Shown here: positions 1-12,800 of the stretch, piece by piece
Position numbering within the stretch: position 1 is the first letter of the stretch
Layout: each line of letters starts with the position of its first letter
DNA from: Podarcis cretensis
Lineage: Eukaryota
Assembly (NCBI GenBank): GCA_951804945.1
Contig: OX638154.1
Coordinates: 56,854,001-56,918,000, forward strand
Direction of reading: 5' to 3'
Length of the DNA: 64,000 bases
Position numbers and translations under genes: made by a program
Notes under the pieces: generated by a model
Told to the model about the DNA's origin: nothing
What the model saw: only the letters and a program-made list of their open reading frames with translations
Databases searched by the model: none

Positions 1-898
1 CTGAGGAAACTTTAATCTTTGAGGATATTACCTCAGCATTGCATTACGTGCACAGAGTGAAGAGAAACATTTATCTGCTTGAGAACCCCTGGGGGGCTAC
101 ACCCTTTACAGGTAAAGAGGGAAGATGTGGCATTTAAAATTAGAAGAATATAGTTGATGGCATATGGTCAAGTATTTTAAGTGTGTTTATGTGCTTGAAA
201 AACAAGATACTATCTTTCAGAGCAGTCTGTCTGAAAACTAAGCCTTTATTTATTTATTTTTGCTGCTGCTACAGTGAAAACTGTTCACAGCAGCAATTTA
301 TATATTATTACACTTATAAAAGAACATTCATGCTCTAAGGACCTTAGTTTTAATAGACAAAATATAATACAATGAATAAGTAAATAAACAAGACAAACAG
401 CCCAGATAGGATGCAACAAGAGGCAACATTAAGGCGAAGCATAAACAAGTTTCTGTTTCTTGCTAGTACTGATATTGAAACAAACATGACAAAAACTATT
501 GTAGAAATTTACTCATTCATTTATAACACAAGAGCTCTTTGTGAAACTTTGTAACCCAGCTAGCGTAACCCACATTGCTATAAAGAATACCAACACTGCA
601 ATCTGAAAGGTAATTGAGGTATTGTAATCATGATAGCACAGTCTTCTGGAGTAGTCCTAAAAAAGCAGCCTCAGATTATTGTTATGAAAGTGGTACTTGC
701 CAAAGTGAAGACAATACAACTTCAAGAAGCAGGATAAACTGCTGAAAGCAGCATTAACAGCTGAAAACAGAAAGCTCTGTTGGGATAATTGACAACAGGC
801 AGTGTATCCCCTGTATAAATTAAGCTGTATCATAAGTGATCCTGGCTGGCAGGTATGGGCAGGGGGGAAAATAGGGGGGGTTGATAATGTATGAAATT

Positions 899-943
899 AA
901 TTGACTGACTGACTGACTGACTGACTGACTGATTGATTGATTG
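899..943. repeat. (TGAC)n(TGAT)n microsatellite
   Basis: Direct reading. Confidence 0.95.
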
Positions 944-1149
944 TACCCTTCTTCATATCAAGATCACAAGGTGGTTCACACATAAAAATACAAAATGAGA
1001 ACCCAAAACACATAACCAAAAAGACCTCACAAACAAAACAATAATCCCACTCCCACAAACACATTTTAAAAGCCAAAGATTGTTTAATCAGCCAAAGACC
1101 TGGTTATAGAGAAACATTTTATGAAATAATGCATGGTAGTATAATACTA

Positions 1150-1550
1150 GAACCACCTAAATAAACAGAATATTGGAAGATTCAAGACAAACAAAAGAAA
1201 GTACTTCTTCACACAGTGCATAGCTAAACTATGGAATTTGCTTACACAAGATTTGATGGCCACCACCTTGTATGGCTTTAAAATAGCATTAGACTAATTC
1301 ATGCCAGATAGGTCTATAAATGGCTAGTAGCCATTAGGCTTTGTTCTACCTCCACTGTTAAAGGTACAATGCCTCTGTATACCAGTTGTGGGGAATCACA
1401 AATGCAGTGAGTGCTCTTCCACCCAGACTTCTGGCTGGCCACTGAAAATAAGATACTAAATGATATTTGGCCTGACATCACTTCATCAAATCTGGCCCTC
1501 TTTGGAAAAAGTTTGGACACCACTGGTCTGATCTGACAAGGCTGTTCTTA
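1150..1550 (+). mobile_element. CR1-like LINE 3' end
   Basis: RFKTNKRKYFFTQ remnant followed by GGCTTTAAAA...TTAGAC..TTCATG and a CR1-type 3' UTR. Confidence 0.7.
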
Positions 1551-1667
1551 AGTAAGATACTTACTTTTAATATGTACATAAAATTATTGCCATAAGATTG
1601 GGTGGAAGGCCCATTCCACACACAGTGTATTGGGCCCAGAAAATCCTGTTGGCACCCCATAGCTCAG

Positions 1668-1989
1668 CAGGGGTAGGCAACCTAAGACCCGTGGGCCGGA
1701 TGCGGCCCAATTGCCTTCTCCATCCGGCCCATGGACGGTCTGGGAATCAGTGTGGTTTTTACATGAGTAGAATGTGTCCTTTTATTTAAAATGCATCTCT
1801 GGGTTATTTGTGGGGCCTGCCTCGTGTTTTTATATAAGTAGAATGTGTGTTTTTATTTACAATGCATCTCTAGATTAATTGTGGGGCATAGGAATTCGTT
1901 TATTATTTTTTTCAAAATATAGTCTGGCCCACCACATGGTCTGAGGGGCGGTGGACCGGCCCACGGCTGAAAAAGGATGCTGACCCCTG
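1668..1989. mobile_element. hAT (Charlie-like) MITE
   Basis: CAGGGGTAGGCAACCT...ATGCTGACCCCTG TIRs; internal duplicated unit of about 85 bp; TSD only partial (GCTCAG). Confidence 0.75.
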
Positions 1990-3496
1990 GCTCAGAGTAA
2001 GCCGTGGTACCAAGAGCTAATGCTTTTCTCCCCAAAAGTCAGCCTAAATTTGCATCTATATGTTTACTTTGGCACATGCAAATTTGTGGGCCTATATTCT
2101 GAGTCTTTAGAATACCTAACAACATCTCTGGTCAATAGTAGGCCCAACTGTGTTTAATAGGACTTATTCCCATTTAAGTGAGCACAGGACTGCAGTCTTA
2201 ACGGTATCCTGTGATCACTGCTCTTCTGACATAATCTGGATGTTTGTTCCTCAGAGAACTGATACATTCAACTGGGGTAATTTATATTCTTGTGTTTTGC
2301 AAATTAATTATCAGCTGTTAAGAGCATCACATGAGTGCAGCTCCATGAAGGAAATGGTACTGGAACTGAATGTACACTAGGACAAGGCTCTAAATATTCT
2401 TTTTCATACCTTTAGTATGAATTTACTTGGATAAAACAAAAAGCACATATCTAGTAAAACTTAACTACTGATCATCTCTGAGACATCTCCAGTATATTTC
2501 ATTGTATATTTGGATATAAACCTTACAGATCATACAAAAATCAATTAGGAAAGGCCAAACAGAATATATATTAGGTACCTTTTTATATCTACTTATACCC
2601 AGAAATGATATTTTTATTATAGAAAACTAAAGACTGAACTAATCACAAAATATTTTAAAGTATTTCCTTTATTTATGTCAAAACTGTTCCATATCCCATA
2701 TGCTATATCTATAGACCAACAACAAGAACAAAAAAAAATGTCAAGTGCAACATCATCACTAAGTAGTAGCCAGCTCTTATTTTAAGTGTCCTTAAATGGT
2801 AGCTAATTTAAGTGTATTGTATTTGACTGATAATGGAGCCACAGATATTGCTTGTCTCTGAAAGTATCTATTGATATGTAAAGCAAAGACATTAGCCATG
2901 TAATTAGCCTACAGCATAACGATATCCTTCACTCAATCATTTCAGTTCCAACTGCCCAAACAATGGTAACATTTCACAATGTTTTCACTTGAAATAACTG
3001 GTGCTGTAATCATAGTGTGAGTTTCTTATAAAAAGCTCCCACAGATAGTGTACATCATGCTGGGAAAATGAGTTTAAGTAGAAGAAACCGATTAAAACTC
3101 TAGCAATCTCCCAAGGATAATTTGTTAAAGAAGCTTTGTTACTTTGCCTTTTCTATAAAAATCTCCAATACCATAGAAGTATTTAGGGTGCTATAAGACT
3201 AATTAATATTCATCTATTTATAGTCTGCACAATTTATATTAAGAAATTAAAGCTACAATATTCTTCTGCAGAAGTCTCAAGAAAATAATAATCTCCCAAT
3301 AGTTTTCAGTTTCATTAGTTATTAGGCTTTTAAGATAAAGGGAGTGCTCTCCCAAGAGGAAGCTTTTAAAACAAAACATTTTATCACATTTTCAAGGCAT
3401 AATTTTCATGGCACATTTTCATAAGAACATAAAAAAGGCACACTGTGCCAGGCCAAAGGCCCACCTAGTCCAACAACCTGCTTCCCCAGTGGCCAA

Positions 3497-4295
3497 TCCT
3501 CCTCCTCCTTTGGTGATCACTCATTGCCAAATAAGATCGTCTTCCATGAACACAGTCTTAACAGTGAGTCCATAAGTGACTGTGGAGGCCAATTCTGGAT
3601 CCACACATTCTTCCACAGTGGGGACATAGGTTTCCGGGCAGGAGTTAATCATGGTGAGGGTTTGCCAAACTTGCCTTCCTCTTAGCACGTTTCTCCCTTT
3701 CATCCTGAGTCTGAGTGTCTTCAAAGTCCATGACACCTTTGGTAAACATTCTCTAACTGGAGCACTCACAGGCCAGTGTTTCCCAATTGTCGGTGTTTAT
3801 ACTACTTTTTTTTTATTTGTCTTGAGAGTCTTTAAACCTCTTTTGTTGACTACCAGCATTACGCTTTCCATTTTTAAGTTTGGAATAGAGTAGTTGCTTT
3901 GGAAGACGATAATCAGGCATCCGAACAACATGACCAGTCCGATAAAGCTGATGTTGAAGAATCATTGCTTCAACACTGGTGATCTTTGCTTCTTCCAGTA
4001 CACTGACATTTGTTCACATGTCTTCCCAAAAGATACATAAAAATTTTCGGAGACACCATTGATGTAATCTTTCAAGGAGTTTGAGATGGTGTTTGTAAGG
4101 AGTCCATGTTTCACAAGTGTCCAGTAAGGTGGTAGTACTTGCCAATCAGACGCCTATAGGAAGCACACAAGCAGAAGCTAAGTGCAATTGCACTCTCCCC
4201 ACTTATGATACTGCCCTGATGATAGAGCCAGAACACAGTCATTATAACAAATAGCCAATGGAAGCCTTCCCCTCCATATGTGATTCGTAGAAACA
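3497..4295 (-). mobile_element. RTE-clade LINE 3' fragment, distinct from BovB, decayed
   Basis: Minus-strand remnants SVLEEAKITSVEAMILQHQL..TGHVVRMPDYRLPKQLLYSKLKNGKRNAGSQQKRFKDS, typical of the RTE C-terminus. Confidence 0.8.
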
Positions 4296-5317
4296 CATAT
4301 TAATTCACATTAGAAGTCATAGTATATGGTGAAAATAGGGTGGCTATATGGTGAAAGTAGGCTAATTGGGAACATACTAGGGAGGTACACACTACAAAGC
4401 TATATACATAAATGAGGGTCAAAGTAAATTTAAACTTGGGAAACTATCTTAACTGAACCTGCAGCCTTAAACACACTTAATTGGGAATGATCTCCACGGA
4501 ACTAAATAGTATTTGCTTTTGAATAAACATGCATATGATTGCACGGTAAGTGTCCAGTTTTTAGGACTGCGTAGATTATGGTGATGATGATTTGTACCCT
4601 GCCCATCTGACTGGGTTGCCCCAGGCACTCTGGAGCGGGTATGTAAGGCAACCATCCTTCTTGGATGGTTTTTGTATCATATTTCCACGTGTGGCTGAAA
4701 GAGTTAATGTTGGATGTGCAGGAACTGCTATAGTATGGTATTTATAAACTTCACTAGGAAGTTCAAAGCATTCTACTTCTTATGCTCATAGTTCTTGTGG
4801 AGCTGTACGAACTCATTTCTCATCATAGGTTTGTCTGCCAGCCTAGAGTCTGTAACACCAGATGTCCCTTCTACGTGCCAGAATTTCCCATTTGTTCATG
4901 TGAAAGTCTCTTAAATCAAGTTTACAAATGTCCTTATAGTAAAACTTTGAGTGACCCCTGGAACACATAGATCTGGCCATCTCATCATACTACTTTCCCT
5001 TTACTTTGTGTCCATCTTGCATGCAATGCACATGTCAAGTCAGCACTATGTCTGAGAAAAGACAGAATTTATTAACTCCTCATCATACCAAAAGACTGAT
5101 TCAGTAATTCTTTCCATTGATGCTCAATCCTATAACTAATGGGGATGCTTTGGGGGTGAGATGACCAGAAAGACATAATCCAGAGTTCTTTCACTCGTCA
5201 CTTAGTTGACCAATGTTTCAACTATGTCTATATCTGGAGGCAGTGGTGTAGGGAGCCCTGCTTGCCACCGGGGCAGGTGTGCACTGCTCCATGGAGGCGG
5301 GGCATGCCGAAACTGGG

Positions 5318-8140
5318 TGTGGTGGATGAACCTTGATCTGAAAATTAAAGTGTTCAAGAACTCAAACCAAACCACATTATATAAAATCATACACAGACTT
5401 TACTAAAACAAAACTCTACAAGAGAGAAAAATTCCAAATAATTACAGATTAAAATGGCTCAGAAGGTAAGAAAACAACAAACACTAAATTATCCCGCGAA
5501 TTAACATAAAGGCTTATACTTATATCTCAGTAGGCTGAGTAATGGAACAAAATGCTGTCAAAAGCCCAAATAGACATTTCAGTTGGCTGGCTGCTGAGAG
5601 CTCCCACCAACCCAGGTTTTATGGGAATATAGACCAAGGGCGTGAACCTCTTCCACCTAAATTACATTGTGACACCGGCTTTGAAGCCTTAAGGGGACAC
5701 AGTTGCATGTAAGCTCATTATTTCTGAGGTTCTAACCCAGGCACAGGCAACCTTGGCCCTCCAGATGTTTCGGGACTACAATTCCCATCATCCCTAACCA
5801 CTGGTCCTGTTAGCTAGGGATCATGGAAGTTTTAGTCCCAAAACATCTGGAGGGCCAAGGTTGCCTATGCCTGTTCTAACCCATTCCCATAAACCAGTCT
5901 TAAAGGGGTAATATCACCACAACCCCCCCCCCTTTTAAAGGCTATAATTAGTGGCAATAGACACGATTATAGCTTTATACAGGATCAAAACAGCCAATTC
6001 TTTTAACGAGAAAGACATCCGTTCTAATGGAAGGATAATTACCAATATAATGTGGAATCAAATTGGATTTATCTGGCACAGTGGCAAATAATGACTAAAA
6101 CATTGTAACTCCTCTCCAAATTCCCCTTGTTGTTAAACAATCAGCTATCAGACATTTAAATTTCACCAATATCATCCCCGCCATTCACCAGTAGAACCAA
6201 TCCAGAAAGTTATTCTTTATTTCCAATTTGGATTGAAATAGGGAATATCACATCAGCCCTTTCTCTACATGTCATCGGACTGAGACCCTCTTGCTCTGCA
6301 ACTTTAAACAATTCAGAAGTTACAATCTGATTAACTCCTGTTTGTGGTTGAGTATTTGCTCCCTTTTAAGTTACTGCCGAATTCCCCAAGACGCCTTGAC
6401 TCATGAACACGTTCGAAATGGCATCACTTTACTAACTTTTAACAAATCTGCCCCATGACAAAATCATATCCATACTTCTGATGAACCAAGAGTACGTGAT
6501 CACCCTCCCAATTTCTAAATTTCACATGCACTTTAGCAAGAGCCACCCATTTAAGTTGGCCTTTGTAGGGCTTGACTTTAATAAAGCCGGCTGGTTCCCA
6601 CTTTAAACCCTCAAGCACTTTGCAATTAACCGAGCTGATATCAGCCCCAGAGTCCATAGAACCCCTAATGATCACACTTCTGTCCAAAATAACAGATTCA
6701 GTTCTTAATTTATCAAGCCAGGCCTGCTGCTCAGGAGGAATAAGTTGTGAAACATCCACACAATCCATTTGATTCACTACTCCAGCTGAAGCAATTCTAA
6801 CACTCCCCCATCTGCACCAGGCTAGGCCACTTCAGTACCAGATGCATAGTTTACCCTTGTTCTTGCTGCCGTTGTGGCCCAATCAGGTCGCTGTTCAGTG
6901 ATTTTTCTCATCACCATATTATTAGGCTCTTCTCTTCAATAGTCATCTTCCTAGCTTTCAAAGCTGCCTGGGGAATTAACAGGATTCTGAGCTCTACCAC
7001 CTCCATTGTGAGTCACACTCTTGGCCTTATTAATTGTCTCTGCTGTAATTTAAGGCAGTCTCTCTTTATATGATTGATCTGACAGCAATAAAAACACACC
7101 GGACCTGAAGAAGAACCGGCTGAAAACCTTTCTCCCCCCCCCCAAGAAGAGTTTCCAACTCTGCCCCTGGACCAGGTCTCATCAAAGCAGTTTTTTGGCT
7201 TAGCTCCCAGATTGTCCTTTTGAGGAATATAACTTTCACTTGTGGATTTACTAAAACAAGACTTGTATTGCCTGCTCCTTTTAGCCATAATCTGCTCAGT
7301 AAAAATGGCCAATTCCTCTAAATCCTGGGGGTTTCGAGCCTGGACTAACTCACCCACCTCCTCTTGGAGTGATTGACAGAATTGTTCTAACTATCAAATC
7401 ATGAAATTCAGCTAGAGTTGTTACACCAGCTGTATGAGTCCATAGATTCACAGTCTTTCTAATCCTTGCCTTATAGGCAGTAATAGGTTCTTTTAGCTTA
7501 GGGAATGCTCTTCAAAGTTTGAACTTAAGTTGGTCTTTGACTAAAGCAAATTGATGTAACGCCAACTGTGATAGTTCTGCGCATCCTCTTGGGGTAACTC
7601 ACCCAGAACTTCTGCAAGCAAAGGATCTGGTTGTACTCCCTTTCAGGCACATTGTATCTTTCACAAGTCACTTCAAAGCGATTCAAATCAGGGATTTTTT
7701 TCCTCTCCCATTCCTCTCCAGATTTACAGTCGGACTGAGCTGATTGTCCTTAATTAACTGATGGGCTGATATGAAAGTTTTTAGCCACTGCCTCCAATCC
7801 TCTTCATCTCTCTGCCCTCTACTTTGGCTGCGTCCCCTAGCACCTGCCACCAAACCCCTGGCACCTCCCACTAAACAGTCCTCTCTTTCTGCCTCTGAGT
7901 CACTGTCCAGATGTGCACAGCTTCCTCTCTGGCCATTACCCAGGCGGAGTCTACCCTCCTCTATTCCAGCATTCCTGGAGGGGACTCTTCATTCACCGTT
8001 ACAATGTTTATTTCTGGGTCAACAATACTAATGTCCACTTCAACCTCCTCATACTCCATATTATTTAATCTAACTTGCTCCAGTCTTCTCTACAAACATT
8101 GTAACTACCCAACTAGCTAGCCAAAATAACAAACATGCTT
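5318..8140 (-). mobile_element. Decayed Gmr1-like Gypsy element: SCAN-like gag, CCHC, protease, PPT and 3' LTR; 5' LTR and RT/IN absent
   Basis: Minus strand, across frameshifts: ...VNLWTHTAGVTTLAEFHDL/LEQFCQSLQEEVGELVQARNPQDLEELA; CFYCCQINHIKRDC; MDSGADIS protease. PPT (plus-strand C10 at 5923-5932) abuts an LTR at 5318-5921 with TGTGGTG...CACCACA ends. Upper boundary approximate. Confidence 0.8.
5738..5873. mobile_element. 136-bp hAT MITE inserted in the LTR
   Basis: Long imperfect palindrome CAGGC...GCCTG; 8-bp TSD TTCTAACC. Confidence 0.88.
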
Positions 8141-8532
8141 CTCAGCACTGCAAATTTTGCAGTTTGGCGCACTGCAAGACCAGTCCCAGGCCGTGCTGCT
8201 TTGGGGAACAGCGTGCTGGGCTCTGGGGTGCAAGCCCCCCCCCCCAGCTACGCTACTGTCTGGAGGCTAAAGAGGCACTGAAGTCTCTGGTGACAGCCCT
8301 TAGATTCTGAATGTGCCATCACAATCCAAATCCTATGGCAGCACCTACAGTTCAAGTCATCCATTTCTATCAAGGAAAGGACTACCTTATCTCAGTTGCA
8401 GACATGGGGATGGAGGTACACAGGAATATTGTGTTGCAGATCCACCCTTATGAATATTGCTGAAAAGGCTTAGGCATGCACACTTCCCCCCTGCAGATGT
8501 TTTATACTGTGGACCGATATTAAAAAAAATAT

Positions 8533-8787
8533 GTAAAGGACCCCTGACAGTTAAGTCCAGTTGTGAACGACTCTGGGGTTGCAGCGCTCATCTTACTTTA
8601 TTGGTCAAGGGAGCTGACGTTTGTCTGCAGACAGTTTTTTTGGGTCATGTGGCCAGCATGACTAAGCCGCTTCTGGCAAAACCAGACCAGTGCACCAAAA
8701 CGCCATTTACCTTCCCGCCGGAGCAGTACCTATTTATCTACTTGCACTTTGACGTGCTTTCAAACTGTTAGGTTGGCAGGAGCTGGG
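8533..8787 (-). mobile_element. Sauria SINE, lacking tRNA head
   Basis: Aligns with 48843-49085 (GGACCCCTGAC...CGACTCTGGGGTTGC...TATTTATCTACTTGCAC). Confidence 0.85.
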
Positions 8788-9342
8788 GTGGTTCATATGC
8801 ATATGATTAAAAATAGGAAGACTCCACCAGACCTCCACAAAAGTGTGTAGGCATGGACCTGGGTGCCATTATAGAAGACAATAACATAGGCATGAGTTTC
8901 TGTAACATCGATGATCAAGTTAATTATCCCACTGCAGGGCTAGAGCTTAAACACTGTTTGAAATGGCGGCATTTCAATCTATATTTTTGGCAAGATGCTC
9001 TTGCCTTCTAAGTGAGGTAAACTTGAGAATTCTCAAGAAATGCAAAAAGAAAGAAAGAAGATACTTCATTTAATTAGCACAGCATGTACCTGACAGTTGG
9101 GAACAATTTCCTAACAAGGGAACAGTGAACAGTGAATTATGGGTGTTGCTTGTATTAGACATGACACTGCTTTATATCTGAATACCACCTTGAGGGCCTC
9201 CCTGAGCCAAAAGGCAGTATATGAGAAAAATCTTATTTGTGTATCTACAAGTTCTCTGATTTCAAACTCTTCTATTAAGCACATATCCACATATATTTAT
9301 TATTATTGTTTGCTTTATATATGGTATGATGCAATACCCTGC

Positions 9343-9471
9343 NNNNNNNNNNNNNNNNNNNNNNNNNNNNNNNNNNNNNNNNNNNNNNNNNNNNNNNNNN
9401 NNNNNNNNNNNNNNNNNNNNNNNNNNNNNNNNNNNNNNNNNNNNNNNNNNNNNNNNNNNNNNNNNNNNNNN
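9343..9471. other. Assembly gap (129 N)
   Basis: Run of N. Confidence 1.
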
Positions 9472-10537
9472 TAACTTCCCCTGCTGATTATGGGAGCCGG
9501 ATATCCAGCAATTCTCTTCCTACCCTACCCCAGATAAAAGGCAGCACATTTAATCCAAACAATCATTGTAATAGCTATCCAGGTGATTTGGACTTCATGG
9601 TGCCAGCCATATCACTCTCTTTTATTACATGAATGTATATCTTGAAATCATAATGTGTATTTCTGCAACACTTTAGACACAGCAATAACCTCTACTGGTT
9701 TTTTAGTTCTAGTGCAAGAAATTGTATCAATAAAGGCTCCTATGGCTAATTCTTTTTCCTTTTTTTTTAAAGTAAAATATCAGTCAATCTTTATGCAAAT
9801 GCACTATTTGTGAATTGGTCAGATTTAATGCAGAATGGGCTACCAAAATACTACCGTTTCCCATTTGTGCTGCTTATCACATGAATGATACACAAGTCTT
9901 GTGCTTTTTTCCAATTCTCAAACAGAGGACTCAACAGGAGGTGGTTGTTAATAAGTAAAAGCATTAGTCTCTTTATAAGGCAGCTTTGCAAAGCCATGCT
10001 TTTGTCCTGTTAATAAATGGGAAACCAGAAATTACCAGTAATTTCACTTGGAGCACAAAAGGAAAGTAATTGTGAGAAATATCAAACACAGTGCTCTGAA
10101 TAATTATAGCACATAACTGGCTGAGGTTTTAAATCAAGGGTACTTATCTTAATTGAACATCTGAAATGTTTTATTTATACAAAGAAAAGGTGTAAGAAAA
10201 TTTAACTGATCCAAAGCATGAGGAATATAGTGCTTTGTTCTGGAAGATACTCATGTGTGAACTCCTCCTTTTCCTTTGACAGGATAGTAGGTAGTGCTTT
10301 AAAGCCAGCAGCATTGTCAAAGCACATTAAAGTTCATACAGACCTTTTGGGTGAAGAAGCATTTTCTGGTTATCCACAACAGAACCACTGTGTTTTTATT
10401 TCAAAAGCAGAAATGTTGCCTAAATTTTAAATAAACCAGGTTGGATACTGTGGTTCCTTCTGTCAGTGATCCATATAATTCTCCTGCTTTCAGTGCATCC
10501 TTTCATGAACCACACTTATAGCACATACATATTATAT

Positions 10538-11125
10538 TGCTATAAGCAGGGCATTTTTCCAGCCAGAACTCACTGGAACTCAGTTCTGGCACCTCTCAGG
10601 TGGGTGCCATTGCTATTATAAGAGAACAAGGGAGGTGTTCATTTTTCTAGAAAAATAGCATTGGTTATGAGTTGGGGGACAGACCCCCCATAATCTCTAC
10701 ATTCAGTGAAGAGTCAGAATTTGAACTCTTAAATTCATGAAATAATACCAACCAGCTTCCTCATAAGTTCATCCAGGTGATGGCTCGGAAAGGCTTATGA
10801 TGTATTGGTTTGTTTGATAATGGGAGCCATCAGCCAAGCAGGATCCCGGCATGGAGGAGGCGGATGCCAGGGTAACAGGGGGTGTGATGTCACCACAGGA
10901 AAAGTGTGTTTGAGGCTTTTAAAACCAGACTTAAATGCACAGTAGTTGGAAGAGGCTGCACCAAGAGATTGGGGGGCATGACAGACAGCTGCTTTGCACC
11001 CAAGCTTGCTGAAGCTATGAGAGGAGCAACAAGAGACACCCTTGGAGTGTACTGTTCTGAATTCACTCACTCCAAATCCAGGATGTAAATATGTGTAAAA
11101 TAGGGATAACAGTGGGGCAACGAGC
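10538..11125 (+). mobile_element. Possible decayed LTR followed by PBS-like sequence
   Basis: TG(T/C)TAT...ATAACA ends (10538, 11111), followed by GTGGGGCAACGAG, which resembles a Gypsy TGGCGACGAG PBS; no TSD seen. Confidence 0.35.
10547..10663. mobile_element. hAT MITE
   Basis: CAGGGCATTTTTCCAG...CTAGAAAAATAGCATTG; degenerate 8-bp TSD GCTATAAG/GTTATGAG. Confidence 0.6.
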
Positions 11126-11179
11126 CTACAAACTGAAGGCTCTTGCAGATGACGTGATGCAATCCGTGAAGGAACCATT

Positions 11180-12795
11180 GGAATCTATCCCAAAGGCACT
11201 GGAAGATATTAAGAAATTTGGAGAAGTAGCAGGTTTCAGAATGAATAAGAGTTAAACTAAAATGTTGGTGAAGAATGAGAAAGCTAATGTAAAGAATGAT
11301 TTACAGATAAGTACTGGACTAATTGGGAGGGACGCAGGTGGCGCTGTGGGTTAAAGCCTCAGCGCCTAGGGCTTGCCGATCGAAAGGTCGGCGGTTCGAA
11401 TCCCTGCGGCGGGGTGCGCTCCCGCTGCTCGGTCCCAGCGCCTGCCAACCTAGCAGTTCGAAAGCACCTCCAGGTGCAAGTAGATAAATAGGGACCGCTT
11501 ACCAGCGGGAAGGTAAACGGCGTTTCCGTGTGCGACTCTGGCTCGCCAGAGCAGCGATGTCACGCTGGCCACGTGACCCGGAAGTGTCTCCGGACAGCGC
11601 TGGCCCCTGGCCTCTTAAGTGAGATGGGCGCACAACCCCAGAGTCTGTCAAGACTGGCCCGTACGGGCAGGGGTACCTTTACCTTTACCTTTACTGGACT
11701 AATGGTAGAGAAAAAGATTAAATACCTAGGAATATGGTTAACAGCAAGAAATATTAACCTATTTCAAGACAACTATGTTAAAACTTGTAGAGAAATTAAG
11801 AAAAATCTTGAAATATGGGGAAGGATGAAACTTTTGTCAATGGGAAGGATGTCAGTCATAAAAATGTATTACTGAAGATGCTTTTCTTATCCCGAACAGC
11901 TCCGGTGATCGGCATTGTAGGACGCTTCAAAGAGTGGTGAAAGGGCATTTCTAGGTTTATCTGGCAGGGGAAGAAGCCAAGGATAAAATATAAAATTTAA
12001 ATAGATGTTAAAGATGCCAGATTTAAGATTATACTATGAGGCATCATCTTTGTTGGTTAAATGAGTGGTTAACATTGCAGAATGTGGATTTGAAATTGAC
12101 AGCATGTTATGAGATAAAAGAAAACTATATGAAAGTGATCTATAGATGGTATCTGACACCTACTAAATTAGCAAAAATGTTTAAGTCAGAATGAGATATC
12201 TGCTGGAAGTGTAGAGAGAAGGAAGATACCTTTTTCCATATGTGGTGGTCATGCAGGGTAACAAAAGCATTCTGGGAAATGATTTATGAGTTGAAAAAAA
12301 TGTTGAAGATAACTTTTGTTAAAAAAACAAGGTTTTCTATTAGGAAAACATTGTTTATGTATGCTACTACTGCTGCCCAAATGATATCTGCCCAGAAATT
12401 GAAAGAAGCAGCAGTTCCAACTAAGGACTAGCAACTAAAACTGATGGAGTACGCAGAAATGGTGAAACTTACTGGAAGAATAAAAAATCAAGAAGAAAGA
12501 TGATTTAATATAGAATGGGGGAAATCATGGACTATTTGAAAATTATTGTAAACAAATCATTAGCAGGATTGACATTAAAAGTGCAGTATAAATAAATTAA
12601 AAGGAATATAAAAGGAAAATTAGTAAATAGGCTTGAACTGGATATACAGTGGTAAAAGATATAACATAAGTAACTGCAGAAAGAGGGTTCGAAATATGTT
12701 TTTGGATTGATTGTGTAATTTCTTTTTTCTTTGTTAAAATATTTGTAAATTGAGAAAATAAAAATAAAAAAGGAGAATATATGCAAAATAAAACC
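11180..12795 (+). mobile_element. L1-clade LINE 3' fragment (ORF2 end), decayed
   Basis: IKYLGIWLT; GRMSVIKM; FIWQGKKPRIK; CWKCREKEDTFFHMWWSC zinc finger; A-rich tail. Confidence 0.85.
11324..11691 (+). mobile_element. Sauria SINE (Squam1), full length, young, inserted in an L1 fragment
   Basis: GGGACGCAGGTGGCGCTGTGGG...GGTTCGAATCC head; (ACCTTT)n tail; 12-bp TSD TACTGGACTAAT; CpG-rich. Confidence 0.92.
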
Positions 12796-12800
12796 TATTT

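Larger units (their letters stand above)
5241..8258. mobile_element. hAT-type non-autonomous DNA transposon enclosing an LTR retrotransposon fragment
   Basis: TIRs CAGTGGTGTAG...CTACGCTACTG; perfect 8-bp TSD TCTGGAGG (5233-5240 and 8259-8266). Confidence 0.8.

Noticed and set aside
9139-9474. 111-aa ORF
   Set aside because: Runs through the N gap.
11329-11410. tRNA-like A/B boxes (also near 40983-41045)
   Set aside because: These are SINE heads with SINE bodies, tails and TSDs, not tRNA genes.
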